A stretch of 64,000 nt of DNA from Actinomycetota bacterium (GTDB lineage Bacteria; Actinomycetota; Actinomycetes; Actinomycetales; Microbacteriaceae), in NCBI GenBank assembly GCA_039795455.1, contig JBDKLV010000056.1, forward strand, positions 355 through 64,354, written 5' to 3'. The translations under genes and the position numbers were made by a program. Below, piece after piece: positions 1 through 9,800 of the stretch. The notes below the pieces were generated by a model. It made no database searches. It was not told where the DNA came from and worked only from the letters and a program-made list of their open reading frames with translations. Positions within the stretch are counted from its first letter, which is position 1; every line of letters starts with the position of its first letter.

Positions 1-557
1 GGCGTAACCAAGATGTAGAACGCCTTTGGCACGCCGGCTGGGAACAGCGCAGCGCTAAAGAAGTGCCAGCCGTGCTTGCGCATTCCGGCGTAAATAAAAG
101 TTACGTATGCGGCAAGCGCCATAACGAGTGGCAAACCAATTACAGAAGTACCGGCAATGTTCAAACCAGGGATGACGCCAGTGATGTTCATGCCAAGCAC
201 GGTGAAGAAGATGGTGGCTAGCAATGGAAGGAAGCGATCGCCATCCTTCTCGCCTAGCTGATCGTGTGCAATCGACTTGCGAACGAAGTTAAGTGCAACC
301 TCGCCCATGAACTGAAAGCGCGATGGAACGAACTGGTTGTTCTTGTTGGCCGAACGGAACTTTGCGCTAACGAGCCAGAAGACAACGATGAGCAAAGTCA
401 TGACCAGAAGACGAATCAACATGATTCGGTTTAGCTCGAAAGGAGTGCCTGCGAATGCAACTACCTGAGGGTAAAACTCGTCAATGGTAGGAGGCTCAAA
501 GCCGCCACCGTTAGAAGAATCGGCGTGCAGTGCCAAAAGAGCAAGGGCAGTACGCAA
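1..557 (-). CDS. atpB: F0F1 ATP synthase subunit a (3' part runs off the window start)
   Basis: Manual translation of the minus strand gives ...GGFEPPTIDEFYP...NRIMLIRLLV...VPSRFQFMGE...RFLPLLATIFFTVLGMNITGVIPGLNIAGTSVIGLP. TTG start with AGGAG 10 nt upstream. Lies downstream of an AtpI-like gene. Confidence 0.9.
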   Translation of the reverse strand, partial: MRTALALLALHADSSNGGGFEPPTIDEFYPQVVAFAGTPFELNRIMLIRLLVMTLLIVVFWLVSAKFRSANKNNQFVPSRFQFMGEVALNFVRKSIAHDQLGEKDGDRFLPLLATIFFTVLGMNITGVIPGLNIAGTSVIGLPLVMALAAYVTFIYAGMRKHGWHFFSAALFPAGVPKAFYILVT

Positions 558-647
558 CGTTGACAATCTCCTGAGTCGGGGCGAGGGTAAACCATCGCGG
601 CGGCGGGTTTTTGGAGTTTGAACGGAATTTTGCCCCGTTCGCCGACA

Positions 648-653
648 AGTCTA
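648..653 (-). promoter_or_regulatory. Putative -10 element (TAGACT) of an internal atpB promoter
   Basis: TAnnnT hexamer just downstream of the atpI-like stop and about 90 nt upstream of the atpB start. Confidence 0.45.
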
Positions 654-662
654 ACAGGCTAA

Positions 663-1070
663 TTAGCTCTGAATCGTCGGGATTCGTGAACGCAAGACCA
701 ACACCGAATCAAGGATGAGCGAACCGATGACCGCAGCAACAATCGAGACGAAAAGCACCCAGCCCACAATGAAAGTTGCACCCTTGAGAGCCAGGACCAA
801 AACGATGAACCCGATCAGCTTGACCAACCAGCCGCCGAGGACCACCCCGAAGAAACCGCCCAGGCTGAGCTTCGAGCCGATTCGAACCGAAAGGGCGGTC
901 ATGCTGACAAAGACCAGCGCCATGGCAGCCCCGATTAGCGCGCTAACAAGGCCCGCGACCGAAGCGGCAAGCAGCCCAATCAGGCCAACCACGACCGCTA
1001 CCCCGCCAACCAGCAAGGCGCCAAGCTTGAGAACCTTGCCGAATAGCTCGGGAGCGGTATTTACGGTCAT
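663..1070 (-). CDS. ATP synthase protein I-like membrane protein (4 TM)
   Basis: 135 aa, four hydrophobic helices, GWLVKL motif, immediately upstream of atpB. Confidence 0.75.
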   Translation of the reverse strand: MTVNTAPELFGKVLKLGALLVGGVAVVVGLIGLLAASVAGLVSALIGAAMALVFVSMTALSVRIGSKLSLGGFFGVVLGGWLVKLIGFIVLVLALKGATFIVGWVLFVSIVAAVIGSLILDSVLVLRSRIPTIQS

Positions 1071-2185
1071 TTTGCTGCCTTTCGGTTAGCCAGCGCCTGG
1101 CGCTTCGCGATTAGTGGCCAGAGCGTATAGACGCTGGCCAGTCCGGCTCCGACCACCAGGAAGAGCAGAATCCAAGGCCAGGTCCAGAAGAAGAACAGCA
1201 AGCAGGCTACCGAAATCAGGGCAGTCCAGACGTAGAACACAACGACCGAGCCGACGTGGCTATGACCCAGGTCTTGCAGGCGATGGTGCAGGTGCTTGCG
1301 GTCGGCCGAGAACGGTGACTTGCCTGCGCGCAAACGACGAACTACCGCGAGCGCGAGGTCGAGAACTGGCAACAGCAAAATTGCCACCGGCACGATCAGC
1401 GGCAGGAAGGCCGGGATGAGGTCATCCTGGCCGGCGGTGTGTGGGTCAATCTGACCGGTGACGGTGAGCGCGCTGGTTGCCATGAGCAGCCCCAGAAGCA
1501 TGGCACCGCTGTCACCCATGAAGATCTTTGCGGGGCGCCAGTTGTGCGGCAAGAATCCAACGCACATGCCCATGACCACGGCAGACAGCAGACCCGCGAG
1601 ATTGAAGTAGTTGCCCGGGCTGGTCTGCTGCGCCAACAGGTAGCAGTACAAGAAGAAGGCCGCGGTACCAATCAGCACTACTCCGCTGACCAAGCCGTCG
1701 AGACCATCGATGAAGTTCACTGCGTTCATAACAAGTACGGTCAAGAAAACTGTCACGGCAAGCGAGATACCGAAAGAACCAACGGTGAGTCCGGCAATCG
1801 GGAGCGAAACGATTTGCACACCTTGCCAAGCAAGAATGCCCGCTCCCAAAAGTTGTCCGCCAAGCTTGATGGTCCAGTCGAGGTCGTAAAGGTCGTCGAA
1901 AAAGCCGATAGCCGTGATCAAAAACGCTGCAATGCCGATTGCGATGATGTGACTCGGGTCTTCAAAGACACTGTGGAACCAGTTGAAGGCAGCAGCAACA
2001 CAGAGCGAAACCACGAAGCCGAGAAACATTGCGACGCCACCGAGTCGCGGGGTCGGCTTGGTGTGCACATCGCGGGCACGAATCTGCGGATAGATCTTGT
2101 ACTTGTGCGCCAGACGCAAAACCACCCAGGTAGCAGCCCAGGTGACGATCGCCGAAATGACCGCGACAAGCAAATAGGCGCGCAC
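1067..2185 (-). CDS. wecA: MraY/WecA-family undecaprenyl-phosphate alpha-GlcNAc-1-P transferase
   Basis: Motifs PTPRLGG, DD, NAVNFIDGLDGL, IFMGDSG, DRKHLHHRL. GTG at 2185 overlaps the upstream TAG. Confidence 0.9.
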   Translation of the reverse strand: MRAYLLVAVISAIVTWAATWVVLRLAHKYKIYPQIRARDVHTKPTPRLGGVAMFLGFVVSLCVAAAFNWFHSVFEDPSHIIAIGIAAFLITAIGFFDDLYDLDWTIKLGGQLLGAGILAWQGVQIVSLPIAGLTVGSFGISLAVTVFLTVLVMNAVNFIDGLDGLVSGVVLIGTAAFFLYCYLLAQQTSPGNYFNLAGLLSAVVMGMCVGFLPHNWRPAKIFMGDSGAMLLGLLMATSALTVTGQIDPHTAGQDDLIPAFLPLIVPVAILLLPVLDLALAVVRRLRAGKSPFSADRKHLHHRLQDLGHSHVGSVVVFYVWTALISVACLLFFFWTWPWILLFLVVGAGLASVYTLWPLIAKRQALANRKAAK

Positions 2186-2871
2186 TAGTTGGCCTCTAGC
2201 AAGTCGCAAGTTACCTTGCGCAGCTTGGCAAGGGTTAGCGCGCCGACCCGAACCACGCGAATCTTGCCCTCGGTGATGATTTGGCCATCGACTAACTTCT
2301 CGGTAATTGCAGTCAAATCAAGGATGGTCGAAGCCTTACCGCCGGCTGCTTCACCCGAATCGAGATAAACCTCTACCCCGTCGCCCAAGTAATCAAAGGC
2401 CGCCTGGGCATTGATGGCAGCAGGCTTGCCAGTTAGGTTCGCACTCGAAACAGCGAGCGGCCCGGTCTCTTCGAGTAGCGCTAAGGCTACTTTGTGATTA
2501 GGCATGCGCAGGGCGACCGTGCCGCGAGTTTCGCCGAGGTTCCAGTCGAGCGACGGTTGCGCTCGAAGAATCATGGTCAATGCACCAGGCCAAAACTTTG
2601 CGGCCAAGTCGCGAGCAATTTGCGGAATCTGATCGGCGAGTGCATCCAAGGTATTTAGGTTTGCAATCAAAACCGGTGGCGGCGATGTTTCGTCGCGGCC
2701 TTTGGTTGCCAACAGCTTGGCTACGGCTTCGTGAGAAAAAGCATCGGCGGCTAGGCCATACACGGTGTCGGTTGGTAGCACCAAGAGTTGCCCGCGAGCG
2801 ATTGCGAGTTTGGCAAGGCGCATTCCGGTTAAAAGCTCGGTATCAACGGCACAGTTATAAATGCGCACCAT
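2185..2871 (-). CDS. tsaC: L-threonylcarbamoyladenylate synthase (Sua5/YrdC)
   Basis: PTDTVYGL, KGR, FWPGALT, SSAN motifs. Start MVRIY at 2871 has a GGAG RBS. Confidence 0.92.
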   Translation of the reverse strand: MVRIYNCAVDTELLTGMRLAKLAIARGQLLVLPTDTVYGLAADAFSHEAVAKLLATKGRDETSPPPVLIANLNTLDALADQIPQIARDLAAKFWPGALTMILRAQPSLDWNLGETRGTVALRMPNHKVALALLEETGPLAVSSANLTGKPAAINAQAAFDYLGDGVEVYLDSGEAAGGKASTILDLTAITEKLVDGQIITEGKIRVVRVGALTLAKLRKVTCDLLEAN

Positions 2872-2879
2872 TGCTACTC

Positions 2880-3728
2880 CTAGCGAATTGCTGTTACGAC
2901 TCGATCGCGACCGTTGAAGTCTTGATGAGAAGTGACCGAATGCCACCCTGCTGCCAATAGTAATTCAGTGATTGCAGCAGCCTGGATGTCGGCGTGCTCA
3001 ACGGCGAAGAAACCACCGTCACGAAGCAATCTGCGCGCGGTGCGCTGAGCCAAGCGAACAACATCAAGGCCATCCTGCCCGCCGTAGAGGGCTAAGTCAG
3101 GATCGTGCAGCACGACCTCTGGGTAGATCGGCACCATGTCTACCGGAATGTATGGCGGGTTGGTCAGCACGACATCGACTGAACCGTTTAGCTCGTTGAA
3201 CGCATCGGTCAAGTCACCAAGGCGCACCTCGGCGTTGGCAAATTTGGCGAAGTTCTTTTCAGACCAGGCAAGCGCATCGGCCGACTTTTCGACGGCGAAC
3301 ACCTGCGCGCCAGGCAACTCGTGCGCGACGCTCAGTGCGATCGCACCGCTACCGGTACCGAGGTCAACCACGACCGGATGCTCTTTGCTGAGCTTGCTCG
3401 CAAACTCAATGCCAAGCCCAGCAATTAGTTCGGTCTCTGGGCGCGGAACAAAAACGCCCTTGCCAACCTGCAATTCGATCTGGCGAAAGTGCGCGACACC
3501 GGTCAGATGTTGCAGTGGCTCGCGGGCTTCGCGGCGCAGAGCAAACGCGTCGTATTTTTCGATCTGCTCTGGCGACCAGTCCTCGCCTACCAGCGCGGCC
3601 GATTGAATTTCGCCGCGGCTGCGATCGCTTAGGAACCCGGCAAGCAACTCGGCATCTGCCTGTGCGCTTTCAATACCGGCTGCAGCAAATCGAGCTGCCC
3701 ACTGCTCGAGCAGTGCGTTAAGTTGCAT
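2880..3728 (-). CDS. prmC: Release factor glutamine methyltransferase
   Basis: VFVPRPETE, DLGTGSGAIA and NPPY motifs; follows prfA. Confidence 0.95.
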   Translation of the reverse strand: MQLNALLEQWAARFAAAGIESAQADAELLAGFLSDRSRGEIQSAALVGEDWSPEQIEKYDAFALRREAREPLQHLTGVAHFRQIELQVGKGVFVPRPETELIAGLGIEFASKLSKEHPVVVDLGTGSGAIALSVAHELPGAQVFAVEKSADALAWSEKNFAKFANAEVRLGDLTDAFNELNGSVDVVLTNPPYIPVDMVPIYPEVVLHDPDLALYGGQDGLDVVRLAQRTARRLLRDGGFFAVEHADIQAAAITELLLAAGWHSVTSHQDFNGRDRVVTAIR

Positions 3729-4808
3729 TTACTTCTCGCCACCGAGTGCGGCTAGACGAGCCTCTTCATCCATCTGGATTGCCGACTGAACCACAGGCTC
3801 GAGTGCGCCATCCATGACCTGGTCGAGGTTGTACGACTTGTAACCGGTGCGGTGATCTGCGATTCGGTTCTCAGGAAAGTTGTAGGTGCGAATTCGCTCG
3901 CTGCGGTCAACCGTGCGCACCTGCGACTTGCGGGCAGCAGACTGCTCTGCCTCGATGGCCTCCTGCTGAGCAGCAAGGATGCGCGCACGAAGTACTCGCA
4001 TAGCGGCTTCGCGGTTTTGCAACTGTGACTTTTCGTTCTGCATCGAAACCACGATGCCGGTCGGCAAGTGTGTGATGCGAACCGCAGAGTCGGTGGTGTT
4101 AACCGACTGACCACCAGGACCACTCGACCGGTAAACGTCGATACGAATATCGTTCTGGCTGATCTCGACTTCTTCTGGCTCGTCAACTTCTGGGAAGACA
4201 AGCACGCCGGCTGCCGAAGTGTGAATGCGGCCCTGAGTTTCGGTCACGGGCACGCGCTGTACGCGGTGCACGCCACCCTCGTACTTTAGGTGTGCGTAAA
4301 CACCCTGGGCCGGATCAGTCGTGTTCGACTTGATCGCGAGCTGTACGTCTTTGTAACCACCAAGATCGCTCTCGTTCTTGTCGAGAATCTCGGTCTTCCA
4401 ACCCTTTGAGTTGGCGTACTGGATGTACATGCGAAGCAGGTCGGCTGCGAACAGTGCCGACTCGGCACCACCCTCGCCGGCCTTGATTTCCATGATCACG
4501 TCGCGACCGTCATCTGGGTCACGAGGAATCAGCAGGCGACGCAACTTTTCGGTTGCAGCAACCAGCTTCTCTTCGGTGGCAGGCACTTCATCGGCAAAGG
4601 CGTCATCTTCTTTGGCAAGCTCTTTCGCTGCGGCCAAGTCGTCGGTCAAAGTGTTGACCGAGTCGTAGGCGGCGACGATCGCGCTCAACTCGGCGTAACG
4701 CCGATTGAGCTTCTTAGCCAAAGCTGGGTTCTGGTGCACCGCTGCATCAGACAACTGCTCTTGCAGCTGCTTGTGCTCGGCGAGCAGACCCTTTACCGAT
4801 TCGAGCAA
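3729..4808 (-). CDS. prfA: Peptide chain release factor 1
   Basis: GGQ motif (GPGGQSVN), PVT specificity tripeptide, GRIHTSA. Confidence 0.97.
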   Translation of the reverse strand: MLESVKGLLAEHKQLQEQLSDAAVHQNPALAKKLNRRYAELSAIVAAYDSVNTLTDDLAAAKELAKEDDAFADEVPATEEKLVAATEKLRRLLIPRDPDDGRDVIMEIKAGEGGAESALFAADLLRMYIQYANSKGWKTEILDKNESDLGGYKDVQLAIKSNTTDPAQGVYAHLKYEGGVHRVQRVPVTETQGRIHTSAAGVLVFPEVDEPEEVEISQNDIRIDVYRSSGPGGQSVNTTDSAVRITHLPTGIVVSMQNEKSQLQNREAAMRVLRARILAAQQEAIEAEQSAARKSQVRTVDRSERIRTYNFPENRIADHRTGYKSYNLDQVMDGALEPVVQSAIQMDEEARLAALGGEK

Positions 4809-4812
4809 TTAC

Positions 4813-6375
4813 TTACTCGCCGTCTGAATTCGAAGGAACCGGCATCGACTTTTGAACCTGCATCAAGAACTCAACGTTGCTCGAGGTTTCCTTGAGGCGG
4901 CTCAAAATCATTTCGAGCGCCTGTTGCTGCTCGAGACCGGCAAGGGCACGACGAAGCTTCCAAGTGACCTTGGTCTCATCTGCGTGCATCAGCATCTCTT
5001 CGCGACGGGTACCCGAAGCATTGATGTCGACAGCCGGGAAGATGCGCTTGTCTGCGAGTGAACGCGACAAACGAAGTTCCATGTTTCCGGTTCCCTTGAA
5101 CTCTTCGAAAATGATTTCGTCCATCTTCGAACCGGTCTCAACAAGTGCGGTAGCCAAGATGGTCAGCGATCCACCGTTTTCGATGTTACGAGCGGCACCG
5201 AAGAAACGCTTCGGTGGGTAGAGCGCTGCCGAGTCGACACCACCCGAAAGGATGCGGCCAGAGGCTGGTGCGCTGAGGTTGTATGCGCGACCCAAACGGG
5301 TGATCGAGTCGAGCAGAACAACCACGTCGTGTCCGAGCTCAACCAGGCGCTTTGCGCGCTCGATAGCCAACTCGGCAACGGTGGTGTGATCTTCGGCTGG
5401 GCGGTCGAAGGTCGAGGCAATAACCTCGCCTTTTACGGTGCGCTGCATGTCGGTAACTTCTTCAGGGCGCTCGTCAACGAGAACGACCATCATGTGTACC
5501 TCAGGGTTGTTCTTGCTGATCGCGTTTGCAATCGCCTGAAGAACGAGAGTCTTACCTGCCTTTGGAGGCGAAACGATTAGACCACGCTGACCCTTACCGA
5601 TTGGCGAAACCAAGTCGATGATTCGAGTGGTCAGCTTGTTCGGCTCGGTCTCGAGACGCAAACGGTCCTGAGGGTAGAGCGGGGTTAGCTTGCCGAACTC
5701 GACGCGTTTGCCTGCATCTTCGAGGGTCTGTCCGTTGATTGAGTCGACGCGAACAATCGCGTTGAACTTCTGGCGGCCCTGGTTGTCGCCTTCCTTTGGC
5801 TGGCGAATTGCGCCAACTACGGCGTCACCCTTGCGCAGGCCGTACTTCTTGACCTGACCGAGTGAAACGTAAACGTCATTCGGACCAGGCAGGTAGCCGC
5901 TGGTGCGAACGAATGCGTAGTTGTCGAGGATGTCGAGGATGCCGGCTACCGGAATCACGACATCGTCTGCGGTTAGTTCTGGCTCTTCGTCGTGGTCGCG
6001 GTTGCCGCCACGGTTGCGGTCACCACGGTCGCGGTTGCGGTCGTTGCGATCACGGTTGCGGTTGCGGTTACGGTTACGGTTACGGCCGTTGCCACGACGC
6101 TCGTCGTTCTCGTCGCGCTCGTTGCGCGAGTCATTGCTGCGAGTCTCGTTGTCGCGGTTTTCGCTCGACTCAGTCGACTCGCTCTTTGGTGCGCGCTCTG
6201 CCTTTGGAGCGCGCTCGGTCTTTTCGGCTTGAGCCTCGCCGGCGTTCTCGCCACCCTCGCTCTTTGCGCGACGGGTGCGAGTTGGGCGCTTCTCGCCCGA
6301 GTCTGCGGTTTCCGAAGCAGCTACTGCCGACTTGCGCGACTTCTTTACTTCGTTGTTGTCTTGGATTTCATCCAT
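4813..6375 (-). CDS. rho: Transcription termination factor Rho
   Basis: GKGQRGLIVSPPKAGKT, LLDSITRL and EEFKGTGNMEL motifs; polar low-complexity N-terminus. Confidence 0.97.
   Translation of the reverse strand: MDEIQDNNEVKKSRKSAVAASETADSGEKRPTRTRRAKSEGGENAGEAQAEKTERAPKAERAPKSESTESSENRDNETRSNDSRNERDENDERRGNGRNRNRNRNRNRDRNDRNRDRGDRNRGGNRDHDEEPELTADDVVIPVAGILDILDNYAFVRTSGYLPGPNDVYVSLGQVKKYGLRKGDAVVGAIRQPKEGDNQGRQKFNAIVRVDSINGQTLEDAGKRVEFGKLTPLYPQDRLRLETEPNKLTTRIIDLVSPIGKGQRGLIVSPPKAGKTLVLQAIANAISKNNPEVHMMVVLVDERPEEVTDMQRTVKGEVIASTFDRPAEDHTTVAELAIERAKRLVELGHDVVVLLDSITRLGRAYNLSAPASGRILSGGVDSAALYPPKRFFGAARNIENGGSLTILATALVETGSKMDEIIFEEFKGTGNMELRLSRSLADKRIFPAVDINASGTRREEMLMHADETKVTWKLRRALAGLEQQQALEMILSRLKETSSNVEFLMQVQKSMPVPSNSDGE
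6052..6085 (-). repeat. Hexamer tandem repeat encoding (Arg-Asn)n in the Rho N-terminal insertion
   Basis: Plus-strand acggtt/gcggtt units encode RNRNRNRNRNR. Confidence 0.85.
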
Positions 6376-6495
6376 GTTTTTGTATTTCTCTTTCTTGAGA
6401 TCCGATGAGTTTTATCACCGTGCACATTTAGACGTGTGCGTTCGCATTTAGATTTGCGAGAGATTCACCTAAGCGTTCGAGATTTGAACAGCTAT

Positions 6496-7413
6496 TTAGT
6501 GGTGCGTTGCTACTGTAGCACCCTTGAAGTCGACAGCCAACAGCAGGGCACGCCATTTTGGGTAATTTGCGGCGGCCAACTTGGCTGCCTCGAGGCGCTC
6601 GGCCGGGTCGCTGGCCAATACCAAAACCGATGGGCCGGCCCCTGAAACCACAGCCGCATGGCCATTTTCGCGCATGAGCTGAACCAGGGCGTAGGTCTCT
6701 GGCATGGCCTCAGCGCGGTAGTCCTGGTGCAACTTGTCTTCAGTTGCGGCAAACAGAAGCTCTGGGCTTTGGGTAAGGGCGGCAACCAGTAGAGCCGAGC
6801 GTGAGACGTTGAATACCGCATCGGTGTGAGGAACCGACTCCGGCTGCAGCGACCTGGCCTTGGCAGTAGACATTTCAAAATCAGGGATGAGCTCGAGTGG
6901 CGAAACACCGCGGTGCACGAAGAGCTTCTTGCTGTGCGGGCCAGACTCGTCTTCCCAGGCGATGTTCAAGCCACCAAACAGTGCAGGCGCCACGTTGTCT
7001 GGGTGCCCTTCGAGCTCTGTCGCGATCTCGAGTAACTCGTTGTTGCTGATCTCGACGATGCCCTCGAGCAGGCCCTTAGCTGCAACCACTCCACTGACCA
7101 CAGCGGCACCAGACGAACCCATGCCTCGGCCATGAGGAATGATGTTGTGCGCCTTGAGTCGCAAGCCGGGCATCTTTTGACCGTAGCGCTCAAAGGTGAA
7201 CTGAATGCACTTGACCACGAGGTTGCTCGCGTCGGTTGGCACTACTCCCGCGCCTTCGCCGTGAACGTCGACTACAACATCGTTGCCGGCAACGGCCTCG
7301 ACTTCGAGCTCGTCGTAGTAAGCCAGCGCCATGCCGAGCGTGTCAAAGCCAGGGCCAAGGTTTGCCGAGGTGGCAGGAACCTTAACCGAAACTTTGCGAC
7401 CGACAATGCTCAT
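6496..7413 (-). CDS. thrB: Homoserine kinase
   Basis: PATSANLGPGFD, GMGSSG, EGHPDN and SGAGPS motifs. Confidence 0.96.
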   Translation of the reverse strand: MSIVGRKVSVKVPATSANLGPGFDTLGMALAYYDELEVEAVAGNDVVVDVHGEGAGVVPTDASNLVVKCIQFTFERYGQKMPGLRLKAHNIIPHGRGMGSSGAAVVSGVVAAKGLLEGIVEISNNELLEIATELEGHPDNVAPALFGGLNIAWEDESGPHSKKLFVHRGVSPLELIPDFEMSTAKARSLQPESVPHTDAVFNVSRSALLVAALTQSPELLFAATEDKLHQDYRAEAMPETYALVQLMRENGHAAVVSGAGPSVLVLASDPAERLEAAKLAAANYPKWRALLLAVDFKGATVATHH

Positions 7414-7416
7414 GAT

Positions 7417-8490
7417 TTAAACCAAACCCAACTGCTCTGCAACTTCTGCTGCGCTGTTGTTCACAACGGTCGGCTTGATCTCGTTGCCTGCTTCGTCGAG
7501 CAAAGCCCAGTTGACATCTTTCAAACCGTGACCGGTAACGGTGACCACGATAGTCTTGCCCGCAACCGACTCGCCCTGCGAAGAGGTCTTGTACAAACCT
7601 GCGGCTCCAGTAGCCGACGAAGGCTCGACGAACACGCCCACCTCGTTAGACAAGAAGCGGTGCATCCAGAGAATCTCCTTGTCGCTAACCGCACCGAAGC
7701 GACCGTTGCTCTCGACGCGTGCGGCCTGAGCGAGATCCCAAGAGGCTGGGTTTCCGATTCGAATTGCGGTTGCGATGGTCTCTGGGTTCTTGACCGGCGA
7801 GCCCTGCACGAATGGCGCCGAACCTTCGGCCTGGAAACCCCACATCTGTGGCAGCGCCTTGATGCGACCTTCCTGCAACTCCTCTTTATAGCCCTTGAAG
7901 TAGGCCGAGTAGTTGCCCGCGTTGCCAACCGGCAGCACGTGCAAGTCAGGGGCGAAGCCAAGGGAGTCAACAACCTCGAATGAGCCAGTCTTTTGGCCTT
8001 CGATGCGATCTGGGTTGACCGAGTTCACCAAGTGCACCGCGTAGTTCTCTGCGAGGTTGCGGGCAAGGTCGAGGCAGTCGTCAAAGTTTCCGCGCACCTG
8101 CATGATCTGCGACTTGTGAGCTATCGCCTGGCTCAATTTGCCAAGCGCAATTTTGCCCTCAGGAATAAGTACGACCGACTTGATACCGGCGGCGGCTGCG
8201 TAGGCAGCGGCCGATGCCGAGGTGTTACCGGTCGATGCACAAATCACTGCACGAGCGCCGTGACCGACAGCCTTCGAAACTGCCATGGTCATGCCGCGGT
8301 CTTTGAACGAACCGGTTGGGTTCATACCTTCGAACTTGAGAAGAACGCGCTCGGCGCCAACCAACTTGGCGAGCGCAGGTGCCTCGATGAGTGGAGTGCC
8401 GCCTTCGCCAAGAGTGATGATTGGGTTGTCGCTCGAAATGTCTAGTCGATCGAAGTACTCGCGAATTACTCCGCGCCACTGGTGTGCCAT
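7417..8490 (-). CDS. thrC: Threonine synthase
   Basis: NPTGSFKDRG (PLP lysine), CASTGNTSAS, PVGNAGN, TGHGLKD. Confidence 0.96.
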   Translation of the reverse strand: MAHQWRGVIREYFDRLDISSDNPIITLGEGGTPLIEAPALAKLVGAERVLLKFEGMNPTGSFKDRGMTMAVSKAVGHGARAVICASTGNTSASAAAYAAAAGIKSVVLIPEGKIALGKLSQAIAHKSQIMQVRGNFDDCLDLARNLAENYAVHLVNSVNPDRIEGQKTGSFEVVDSLGFAPDLHVLPVGNAGNYSAYFKGYKEELQEGRIKALPQMWGFQAEGSAPFVQGSPVKNPETIATAIRIGNPASWDLAQAARVESNGRFGAVSDKEILWMHRFLSNEVGVFVEPSSATGAAGLYKTSSQGESVAGKTIVVTVTGHGLKDVNWALLDEAGNEIKPTVVNNSAAEVAEQLGLV

Positions 8491-9797
8491 TAGATTCCCT
8501 CTAGTCGGATTACAGAAGTGATTGACTCGACGGCGTCACTGGCGGCGAGAGCGTTTACCACTGCAGACAAAGCTGCCTCGGTGGCTTCGTGGGTTCCAAC
8601 CTCAAGGTTTGCGGTCTTGCGACCAGGGGTTGGGTACTGCTCAACGAATTCGATAGAAACTTCGTTAGCAGCAAAGATGTTTGCGATTGTCGCAAGAACA
8701 CCAGGCTGGTCATTGGCCTCGAGGGTGATCTGGTAGCGAGTGTAAATGCGATCGATTGGCAGAACCGGCAAGTTGGCGTGCACCGAATCGGCAAGACCAG
8801 GACCACCGGCGACGTGACGCTTGGCGGCGCTAACCAGATCGCCCAGGATAGCGCTTGCGGTCTGAGTACCACCGGCACCTGCGCCGTAAAACATGAGTTG
8901 CCCTGCAGCCTCAGCCTCGACGAATACCGCATTGAACGCGCCACGAACCGAAGCCAGTGGGTGCGACTGTGGCAGCAGGGTTGGGTAAACGCGAACCGAA
9001 ACGCCTTCTTCGCCGTACTTGTCGGCGTTGATGCGCTCAGCGATTGCCAGCAACTTGATTACGTTGCCGTCGCGCTTGGCAGCAGCCATCAGCGCTGGAG
9101 TGATCTGAGTTATTCCTTCGCGGTGCACCTTCTCGATTGGCACTTCGGTGTGGAACGCGAGGTACGCAAGAATTGCAGCCTTCTGCGCGGCATCGTAACC
9201 CTCGACATCGAGAGTCGGGTCTGCTTCGAGGTAACCGAGTTCGGTCGCTTCGCTCATCGCGGCTTCGAGAGTGATGCCTGCGGTATCCATGCGATCAAGG
9301 ATGTAGTTGGTCGAACCGTTCACGATTCCCATGACTCGGTTGACCTTATCGCCCGCGAGCGATTCACGCAGCGGACGGATGATAGGAATAGCCGCGGCAA
9401 CCGCTGCCTCAAAGTAAAGCTGTGCGCCAACCTGCTCGGCGGTGTCGAAGAGTTCGGTGCCGTGAGTTGCAAGCAGCGCCTTGTTGGCGGTGATGACATC
9501 GCTGCCCGAGTTAAGCGCCTGAAGAATGTAACTGCGAGCGGGTTCAATGCCACCCATGACCTCGATAACGATGTCGGCCCCGAGAATAAGTTTCTCGGCA
9601 TCGGTGGTGATTAGTTCTGCGGGAACGCCGTCGGCGCGCTTTGCCTTCTCGTCGCGAACCAAAATGCCGATGAGTTCGAGTTCTGCCCCGACGCGAGCAG
9701 CAAGCTCAGATTTGTTTTCGGTCAGCAGGCGCGCAACCTGAGCACCGACCGAGCCAGCCCCCAGCAATGCGATTTTGAGTGGTCGATACTCGATCAC
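8490..9797 (-). CDS. hom: Homoserine dehydrogenase with C-terminal ACT domain
   Basis: GAGSVG, TANKALL, EADPTLDVEGYDAAQK, GAGG motifs; ACT domain (DQPGVLA). Confidence 0.95.
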   Translation of the reverse strand: MIEYRPLKIALLGAGSVGAQVARLLTENKSELAARVGAELELIGILVRDEKAKRADGVPAELITTDAEKLILGADIVIEVMGGIEPARSYILQALNSGSDVITANKALLATHGTELFDTAEQVGAQLYFEAAVAAAIPIIRPLRESLAGDKVNRVMGIVNGSTNYILDRMDTAGITLEAAMSEATELGYLEADPTLDVEGYDAAQKAAILAYLAFHTEVPIEKVHREGITQITPALMAAAKRDGNVIKLLAIAERINADKYGEEGVSVRVYPTLLPQSHPLASVRGAFNAVFVEAEAAGQLMFYGAGAGGTQTASAILGDLVSAAKRHVAGGPGLADSVHANLPVLPIDRIYTRYQITLEANDQPGVLATIANIFAANEVSIEFVEQYPTPGRKTANLEVGTHEATEAALSAVVNALAASDAVESITSVIRLEGI

Positions 9798-9800
9798 GAT

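Noticed and set aside
5862-6408. Repeat-rich ORFs and tandem repeats over the rho 5' end (possible CRISPR or novel peptides)
   Set aside because: They are alternative frames of the Arg-Asn codon repeat; there is no repeat-spacer structure.
8589-9614. Long antisense ORFs (also 1439-2188, 7132-7983, 25657-26448, 38108-38908, 57833-58573)
   Set aside because: These are shadow frames of well-supported genes, expected with GC-rich codon usage, and show no recognisable motifs.
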